From the NCBI RefSeq assembly GCF_013407185.1, contig NZ_CP026995.1:1868954-1900953 (forward strand): a stretch of DNA of 32,000 nt. Direction: 5' to 3'. The translations under genes were made by a program, and so were the position numbers. The number at the start of each line of letters is the position of its first letter. Position 1 is the stretch's first letter. The stretch comes from Nitrosopumilus ureiphilus. GTDB taxonomy: Archaea; Thermoproteota; Nitrososphaeria; Nitrososphaerales; Nitrosopumilaceae. The notes below the pieces were generated by a model. It worked only from the letters and a program-made list of their open reading frames with translations. It had not been told where the DNA came from and did no database searches. This document shows positions 9,548-15,690 of the stretch, one piece after another.

Positions 9548-9749
9548 AATTAATAATTATTTTTAAATAATTTAGTAAGCAGTTTGACTTTTTTAAACAA
9601 TCACTGAAATTTATGTAAAACCAATTTGAAACCAGATATTTTATTTCATGACAGTCACATACACATTCTTCTACACATTCTTCTACACATTTCATCCTAA
9701 AGCAATCATCACATAGGTTTCGTGGGTTTTGAATCATATTTTCAAACAA
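9516..9749 (-). CDS. possible small Cys-rich protein (uncertain)
   Basis: 77-aa ORF with 7 Cys in 21 residues (CDDCFRMKCVEECVEECVCDC). Its 3' part runs through AT-rich promoter-like sequence and overlaps the receiver-gene start by 32 nt. Confidence 0.25.
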   Translation of the reverse strand: MFENMIQNPRNLCDDCFRMKCVEECVEECVCDCHEIKYLVSNWFYINFSDCLKKSNCLLNYLKIIINYAKISDYFNN

Positions 9750-9797
9750 TTTGAATTCAAATAATACAAATTAAAGATAGAATTTAAAATTAATCAC

Positions 9798-10088
9798 ATG
9801 CCTACAAACATGCATCTAAACGCATTAAATGAACTTCAATATATGAAAAACCCATCCTTTGTAATCTTTGAGTTCAATAGCAATGCCATAGTTGATTTTG
9901 CAGAAGATTTAGAAGAAGCTCAAGGAAAATGTAAGATTGCAAATTCTGTGGGCTCAAATTGCAAATTCTTTGAGACGTCAATTTACACCATAGAAAAAAT
10001 ACGCAAGGCAACAAAAGATGTGGATACGAATCATCCTCAGCAAGGAATTGTTATCCCTGGTCTTGATATGAATTTCAGACAAGATTAG
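9798..10088 (+). CDS. hypothetical protein
   Basis: 96-aa ORF with no recognisable motif. Confidence 0.4.
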   Translation: MPTNMHLNALNELQYMKNPSFVIFEFNSNAIVDFAEDLEEAQGKCKIANSVGSNCKFFETSIYTIEKIRKATKDVDTNHPQQGIVIPGLDMNFRQD

Positions 10089-10164
10089 AACATAAATTCT
10101 TGAATTGTCGCGATTTAGGTTTTTTTGGAGAATTAGTGCAAAATCTATGCGGCTAACTATGAAT

Positions 10165-10365
10165 TTAATCTAATTTTACAATTCCTTGTTGAACCAAGTA
10201 TTTGATTGCATTAAGCAATTCATTCTCTGAAACTTGATCTTGTCCATACCATACAAAGATGTTCTTTACCCACTCGGGAATTTTAGATGATGATTTACTT
10301 TCCAAATTTCCATCATAATCTCTATGCCCCTTTGTGTTCCATACGAAGCAAGCTAATAGTTTCAT
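10165..10365 (-). CDS. small protein or fragment carrying one copy of the WW-module (IPEWVKNIFVWYGQDQVSENELLNAIKYLVQQGIV)
   Basis: 66 aa. The C-terminal 38 aa align with the duplicated module of 4327-5016. It has no signal peptide, so it may be a remnant. Confidence 0.45.
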   Translation of the reverse strand: MKLLACFVWNTKGHRDYDGNLESKSSSKIPEWVKNIFVWYGQDQVSENELLNAIKYLVQQGIVKLD

Positions 10366-10454
10366 TTATTTTGTCATATTTTTCTAATTTATGATTCTAA
10401 AATAGAATGGAGCTTTGTTGATTCTCTGACGAAAATATTTTCCAATCTTTTCAG

Positions 10455-10595
10455 CTAGTGATCTTTTTCTTTAGCATTGGCTATTAGATTCTCCAATGCA
10501 TGTGAACGGTTGGCAAACCTTTTCTTCTTGATTCCATCGTCAATCCATTTTATAAGATCCGCATCAATTGACACTGAAAATTTCTCCTTCTTCAC
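10455..10595 (-). CDS. ribbon-helix-helix (CopG/Arc/MetJ-type) DNA-binding protein, GTG start
   Basis: 46-aa ORF below the ORF-track cutoff, translated by hand as VKKEKFSVSIDADLIKWIDDGIKKKRFANRSHALENLIANAKEKDH. It shows the classic beta-strand plus two-helix pattern and is a paralogue of 14785-14922. Confidence 0.6.
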   Translation of the reverse strand: MKKEKFSVSIDADLIKWIDDGIKKKRFANRSHALENLIANAKEKDH

Positions 10596-10772
10596 TCTAA
10601 ACTCCTGCCAACTTGTGGATTAATACCAATGCGAATTATTCCAAATATGGAACTGAAATCATCACAAACCATGCGTAACAGATGAATTCATACAGGCTCA
10701 TTTTTATAAACGAGTGATACATAGTACTACACAGTAATATACAGTAACACGGATGTATGAACATAAGATAAA

Positions 10773-10952
10773 ATGAGCAATTCTAAAAGAGATACTGAGG
10801 AAGAGGTTTTAGGACCATTAGTAGAGGTGGAATGGAAATTCAAGTTGGACAAGACTATCTACAGAGAGTATCTCACTATGGAGCAATATGAGAACCTTAA
10901 GGAGATTCCGATAGTAAAATACTGCAAAATTATTGATGAAAAAAGATATTGA
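10773..10952 (+). CDS. hypothetical 59-aa protein
   Basis: Hand-translated ORF (MSNSKRDTEEEVLGPLVEVEWKFKLDKTIYREYLTMEQYENLKEIPIVKYCKIIDEKRY). A TTTTTATAAA TATA-like box lies ~65 nt upstream. Confidence 0.3.
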   Translation: MSNSKRDTEEEVLGPLVEVEWKFKLDKTIYREYLTMEQYENLKEIPIVKYCKIIDEKRY

Positions 10953-11286
10953 TGATCATTTAGGCGGTACAGGTGCTAGTCTCATTTCGCTCTATAATGC
11001 TCATATCGATAAGCCTAGACTTTACACGGGATTCTATTAGGGAATCAAGATTCACATCAGTAACTATTACTGGTGACCTCGGATCTACATTTTTTGGAGT
11101 TTCATAAACAATTACAAAATTAGATAGAATAATCGTTATCACGACACTGAATAATTATAACTATTGTTTTTTTATCCATTTTCATAATATTCTCATGTTG
11201 CTTTTTTAATGTTATGAAATGAAAAAATATTCTAAGAAGATAATAAAAGAGTAGCCTAATACAATACTAGTAATTTTTTTCATGCA

Positions 11287-11475
11287 ATGACATCCAGAAA
11301 ATATACTGTTTTTACAATTGCACTGACAATAATAGCCGCTAGTGTTTTTGCAATGACATATACAACGCTCAACGCAATCGCCTAGGACAAAAATGTATCA
11401 GACGCTCCAGAACCACCCGTAATAGGAAAGAATGTTCTAAAACATGGAATAAGTAAAGGGTTCAATTATTTTTAG
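11287..11475 (+). pseudogene. possible remnant of a secreted/membrane protein gene interrupted by an in-frame TAG
   Basis: The signal-anchor-like MTSRKYTVFTIALTIIAASVFAMTYTTLNAIA ends at a TAG (11383-11385). The same frame then continues for 29 more codons (DKNVSDAPEPPVIGKNVLKHGISKGFNYF). Confidence 0.3.
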
Positions 11476-11594
11476 AAGTATCACCAAATGATATGCTTTA
11501 CTATTAATGAGACATACAGTTTATTTTTGTCAGCAAATAAACAGAATAATTATTCACAATCACAAATTAAATTTTTTATTTAATTATCTCACCA

Positions 11595-13145
11595 CTAACC
11601 AACTTTAACAAATTTTCCTACAGACGGAACATCATTCCCGTCAAGAATGAATAACATGTAATACCCCGGAGGCGCAAATGTGTTATTTTTTGGACTAGAT
11701 ACGGTCAAGATATTTGCTGTTTGATTTATAATTGGCAACATAAGACAGCGTTGATCCATATTGTTGTTGTGTGTTGTAGATGATATCTTTATCAAAGAAA
11801 CTTTTTGAATACTTGATGCATCATCTGTATGTATTTCATAATTATTATTGTAAGACATTGTAGGTAGTTCTATATCCTGAATTTTGGGTCTTGTAGGATT
11901 ACATTGTAGTTTTGGAGGAGTTATAATTTCAATATTGTGCTCAAAATTCTCTTTTGGTGCAAAAACGGATCTTACCCAATTATGACCTGTACTTCCAGCA
12001 ACCACTACTTCTCCACTTGGTAAAAGAACTGCAGAACCATGGTACAGCCTATCTCTTTTTAGATATGACACAACTTTCCATGTTTCATTACGTGGATCAA
12101 ACAAGTGAACTTCCCTTACTGCAATATCATTATCATCAGCTTGTCCTTTTGCAGCACCATTTGTAACTAAAACTGTCCCATCAGGTAAAAGTATGGAATC
12201 ACACAAAAAGCGGCGTATATGTTCAGTTGTTTTTTTCCAACCTGAAGAATTAGCAGGATTATTTAGATCAGCTGTAAATATTTCGGGAGTTTGTGTTGCA
12301 TCTGTATTTTTATCAGGATGTAACTTGGTACTTCCACCAACAAGTAGTATCTTGGCAGTATCTGTTTCATGTTCAAGGGGTAAAAGTACACAGGAGCCCA
12401 TTCCAGGATATGTTCGGGTTCCTGGAGTTTCTGTTTTAAATTTGGCATCAGTAATAAATTTTTTTTCTGCAATATTCCAAATATGTGTAGTTTCTTCTGA
12501 ATGCACAAAAAGAGTTCCACCCGGCAAAACCTGCAAAAATGGATACATTTTGATTTCATCAATAAACTTTACAGGAGTTGAGAGTTTATTGGCTACAGGA
12601 TCAAATATCTCATAATCTAAATTCATGGCACCAAATAATGCATGATGTGCATGTGAATACGTGCCTGATACTATCAATGCTTTGCCATCAGGTAATGTAA
12701 CACATGTGGGATACCATCTTGCTTTTGGCATTCCTGGTTTGTATCTTTGCCATCGTTGATTAGGATCAATATCGGGATTAGGATCAAAAGTATGAATATC
12801 ATGATCTGCTGCAGGTTTTTTTATAATTTTTAACACTAATTGCAGAAATCCTGGTAGAGACAATACAATTGTTGCAGGATGATTATATGTGGACTGGCCA
12901 CCTGCAACAAACAATCGTCCATCCGGAAGAAAACAATGACCAGAACAAAACAAATTCCTTCCTAGTTTTGGATTAATTGGATTACGTGGATCTTCAGGAT
13001 CCCATAGACTAGATTCACCTTTTGTCCAGTTCCAAATATTTTCATGATCACCAGAAAACAACAATACTTTTCCAGTTCGTAAAAGTGCTAGATGTACAGC
13101 TATGGATTCTACTTCATATGTAGCATTCTGATGATCTATTTCCAT
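11595..13145 (-). CDS. copper radical oxidase (galactose oxidase / glyoxal oxidase-like; Kelch beta-propeller plus C-terminal E-set domain)
   Basis: 516 aa. Family ligand contexts are all present: FCSGH (Cys of the Tyr-Cys cofactor), ARWYPT, RLYHGS and TTHNNNMDQR. No N-terminal signal peptide. The start overlaps the tyrosinase stop by 10 nt. Confidence 0.85.
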   Translation of the reverse strand: MEIDHQNATYEVESIAVHLALLRTGKVLLFSGDHENIWNWTKGESSLWDPEDPRNPINPKLGRNLFCSGHCFLPDGRLFVAGGQSTYNHPATIVLSLPGFLQLVLKIIKKPAADHDIHTFDPNPDIDPNQRWQRYKPGMPKARWYPTCVTLPDGKALIVSGTYSHAHHALFGAMNLDYEIFDPVANKLSTPVKFIDEIKMYPFLQVLPGGTLFVHSEETTHIWNIAEKKFITDAKFKTETPGTRTYPGMGSCVLLPLEHETDTAKILLVGGSTKLHPDKNTDATQTPEIFTADLNNPANSSGWKKTTEHIRRFLCDSILLPDGTVLVTNGAAKGQADDNDIAVREVHLFDPRNETWKVVSYLKRDRLYHGSAVLLPSGEVVVAGSTGHNWVRSVFAPKENFEHNIEIITPPKLQCNPTRPKIQDIELPTMSYNNNYEIHTDDASSIQKVSLIKISSTTHNNNMDQRCLMLPIINQTANILTVSSPKNNTFAPPGYYMLFILDGNDVPSVGKFVKVG

Positions 13146-14365
13146 CGTCTTTTTGTAAATGGTGACAACAAAAATGCAGATGTTCTAGCAAGTGCAACAA
13201 ATGGGAGAACGATAGAATATTTCATGATTATTTTAAATGGTTTGTTTTTTCTCATTTGGTCTGCAATGGGAGGGGAAAATTTGTAGTAAATGTTCAAAAT
13301 AAATTCAAATGTTTTTTTGAATTTACTTTTTAATACAACATCATCTCTGAATTCTCGCAAAAACTGAACTGGTGGTTCTAATTCAGAACCATATGCTGCT
13401 GTTGCAATAAAACATCTTTGTCCTGAAGGATTAGGAGTTGGATTTGGAGAAGGGTTAGATATAGGCCATCCACTGCTTCCAGATACATCATCGTAAACAT
13501 AGTCTAGGGCTTCAATATCTAAAACATCTCTTGGTCTTCGTATGTCTGATGCGTCAATTGAGGGCAACAATGGCGTTGCATTACTTATGTTAGTAAAAGA
13601 GTCCCCTCCATCCCATGGCCACATTCTATCATCTAATTTGTGACCGACATTACCTGTATTGTTGGGATTATAGTTATCAGTTCCAGGATGAGTCAGTTGC
13701 CATTTTGCCCAAAGCCTGTCAATATTTGCATGGTGTAAAAAGAAGATAGGATCATTAGGCGAGGTCATTCGGGTCATATGTCCTCCAACTCTCATGTGGA
13801 CAGTTCCATGAGGACCTTCCAATGCAGGTCTAAAACCATGGAAGTTATTTTCATTAAGGGAATTATTTGCCTCAGTTGCAGGAAGTGTTGAAGGATTCAT
13901 GCTATTGTTTCGAAGTAGTGTGGTTCCATGATTACCCTGATCAAGTTGTGGATCTACTTGCCATCCATCAGGGTTTTGTGGTGTTGGAGCTTCAGAAAGA
14001 TATCCTGAAGTTTGCAATCCCATGGTACCCAAAAAATCAACAGTAAAGACATCATCAGTATCAGATGAAACTCCAGATTCCCACTTCCAATAGGGTAAAG
14101 AAACATCAGGATCTACTTCCTGCAGTGCCTTTTCAAATCTTAAGATGAATTCTCTATGCCATGCAAGAAATGCAGGACCGCCATGTCCGCCGTCCCCACT
14201 GGCTGCACCCAGTCTGCTAATAACACCATAATGAATTGCAACAAACTCATCATATACATTAGTAGTGTGCCCAGGTTTTACAGTCTTCTTTAGTGTGATT
14301 ATTGCATTCATGAGTTTTGCTTTATCTGGGGCAGGCAATGTTGCAGCATTTCGTCTTGTATGCAT
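13136..14365 (-). CDS. tyrosinase (type-3 dicopper oxidase) with Pro/Asn linker and C-terminal CFIATAAYGS module plus hydrophobic tail
   Basis: 409 aa. CuA: IHYG...HGGPAFLAWHREFILRFE. CuB: HGTVHMRVGGHM...DPIFFLHHANIDRLWAKWQ. Linker SNPSPNPTPNPSGQR, then CFIATAAYGSELEPPVQFLREFRD and a hydrophobic C-terminus. Confidence 0.85.
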   Translation of the reverse strand: MHTRRNAATLPAPDKAKLMNAIITLKKTVKPGHTTNVYDEFVAIHYGVISRLGAASGDGGHGGPAFLAWHREFILRFEKALQEVDPDVSLPYWKWESGVSSDTDDVFTVDFLGTMGLQTSGYLSEAPTPQNPDGWQVDPQLDQGNHGTTLLRNNSMNPSTLPATEANNSLNENNFHGFRPALEGPHGTVHMRVGGHMTRMTSPNDPIFFLHHANIDRLWAKWQLTHPGTDNYNPNNTGNVGHKLDDRMWPWDGGDSFTNISNATPLLPSIDASDIRRPRDVLDIEALDYVYDDVSGSSGWPISNPSPNPTPNPSGQRCFIATAAYGSELEPPVQFLREFRDDVVLKSKFKKTFEFILNIYYKFSPPIADQMRKNKPFKIIMKYSIVLPFVALARTSAFLLSPFTKRRWK

Positions 14366-14565
14366 TAGCTGTTTTCTCCTTCATCTATGATTGATTTTGC
14401 AAGATCTTCCAGTGTAGAAAATTCTCGATAAGGTAAAACATCATATGCAAAATATTTTTTTGTGTCATCATCAAAATTGCATTGTATTTTTTCATCATCA
14501 ATATACAAGACATTTGTATCATATTCAGCTTTGATTATTTTGTTCTTGTAAGATTCTGATGACAT
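14365..14565 (-). CDS. small acidic Tyr-containing protein, first gene of the copper-oxidase cassette
   Basis: 66 aa. Its stop overlaps the tyrosinase start (TAATG). No motif recognised. The position is analogous to tyrosinase helper ('caddie') genes, with no sequence similarity claimed. Confidence 0.5.
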   Translation of the reverse strand: MSSESYKNKIIKAEYDTNVLYIDDEKIQCNFDDDTKKYFAYDVLPYREFSTLEDLAKSIIDEGENS

Positions 14566-14660
14566 AATTTAGTAGAGTATGACTGTAATACATAAGGATT
14601 ATGCAATTCAAGGAAAATCATATTTATTTGTTTATTACCCATCACAAAATAATAACAAGA

Positions 14661-14741
14661 CAAACAGGATAACAAAACCTGTTACAATTAGTTGAGAGTT
14701 CAAACCTGTTGAGGTTTGGTTGTACGAGTCTCGAGGTTTGT
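14661..14741. promoter_or_regulatory. cluster of palindromic/half-site motifs upstream of the copper-oxidase cassette
   Basis: AACAGG-N9-CCTGTT (14663-14683); a perfect 18-bp palindrome CAAACCT-GTTG-AGGTTTG (14701-14718); and a third AGGTTTG at 14734-14740 next to the palindrome CGAGTCTCG. The cluster lies 100-175 nt upstream of the ATG at 14565. Confidence 0.45.
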
Positions 14742-15483
14742 TAAAATGAAATGTTTAGAATAAAAATGAAAATTTAATTTTTACTTATCCCTCATCCATT
14801 AATTTTTGAATAGCATATTGAATACAATGCGATCTATTTGCAAATATTCTTTTTTCAATTTTTTTGTCTATCCACTCAAGTTGATCTTTTTCAAGTGCTA
14901 TACTTACAGGGTTTTTTTCCATTTTTCATAATTCCATCATTGAATTATGAATGATTAATTTCTAGTAACATTTAACTAGTATTAATAATTATTAATATTC
15001 ATTAATAATGGTTAATAATCAATATGATGAAAATGAGATGAAAAAGAAACATTTGGAATTGGAAATTAGACTAAAAGAATTTTTCAAAAATTACAAAACT
15101 CATTCTGAGAGACTCTCTAAAAATCAGTGATCATAAGATATCTTCAAAAAATTATTCCACAACATTTTCTATCTATGAAATCACAAAACGAGCTTTGTTT
15201 ACAGAGTTCATTATGAATGAAGATGAATCAGAAGGAATCATAATTTGTGAGAAATGTATGACAATATGGAAAAATTATTATGAATATTTATCAAAACACT
15301 TTGAGAACATAATTTTATATTTTAGATTGGAAAACATTCATCATAATCAGGCATAGGATTTATGAAAATCGTTCTCATGTTATTTACAGAGTTCTTCATT
15401 TTAGAATTACGATATCCAAAAAACCAGAATTTGTTCAAACCCTAATAGGTTTGGTTTAGTGAACCGTGGCAGGTTTGAACTCT
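14695..15483. repeat. 14-bp inverted repeat pair (AGAGTTCAAACCTG at 14695-14708; its reverse complement at 15470-15483) bracketing a 789-bp segment
   Basis: Exact 14/14 match read directly. A third partial copy, GTTCAAACC, at 15433-15441 forms CAAACC-N6-GGTTTG. The segment contains the RHH gene and short broken plus-strand ORFs. Confidence 0.6.
14785..14922 (-). CDS. ribbon-helix-helix (CopG-type) DNA-binding protein
   Basis: 45-aa ORF below the track cutoff: MEKNPVSIALEKDQLEWIDKKIEKRIFANRSHCIQYAIQKLMDEG. It shares VSI...WID...FANRSH with 10455-10595. Confidence 0.6.
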   Translation of the reverse strand: MEKNPVSIALEKDQLEWIDKKIEKRIFANRSHCIQYAIQKLMDEG

Positions 15484-15658
15484 ACTTGTTATTTTCCAGT
15501 TTCTTTTGATTATACAGAATGTTTTTCTTTTTTAGATCGTCTAGTGTTCTGCCCAACTCCTCGACATAAATTGGCTAAAGATTCTCATTATTCTTGATTA
15601 ACCCAAATCACGTAAATCCAATCATGGATATTCGTGTATGAACCTGATTAGTCATAAC

Positions 15659-15684
15659 GTTTGATTCCAGTTGTCCCACGTAAA
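15659..15684 (+). repeat. degenerate direct copy of the tRNA-Trp 3' end (att-like)
   Basis: GTTTGATTCCAGTTGTCCCACGTAA aligns to tRNA positions 8605-8629 (GTTCGATTCCGGTCGGCCCCACGTA) with 20 of 25 identities and one 1-nt gap. Three of the four substitutions are C-to-T or G-to-A changes. Same orientation; 7 nt from the aconitase stop. Confidence 0.45.
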
Positions 15685-15690
15685 ATTTTG

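Larger units (their letters stand above)
8626..15684. mobile_element. putative decayed integrated island at tRNA-Trp (no integrase recognised)
   Basis: It is bounded by the tRNA-Trp 3' end and a degenerate direct copy of it at 15659-15684. It has gene-poor flanks with broken ORFs, and the core cassette looks more GC-rich than its neighbours (hand counts on short samples only). Confidence 0.4.

Noticed and set aside
12193-12615. 140-aa plus-strand ORF and 99-aa alternative-frame ORF (12263-12562) inside the copper radical oxidase gene
   Set aside because: They are antisense or out of frame to a well-supported 516-aa enzyme gene. The open frames are a by-product of locally higher GC.
13092-13286. 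64-aa plus-strand ORF across the tyrosinase/oxidase junction, and 11954-12166(+)
   Set aside because: They are antisense to the overlapping ends of two supported genes and carry no motif.
14326-14365. Twin-arginine (Tat) signal at the tyrosinase N-terminus (MHTRRNAATLPAP)
   Set aside because: No hydrophobic h-region follows. The R-R-N..TL....K..L..A...LK pattern is part of the conserved tyrosinase N-terminal helix, not a signal peptide.
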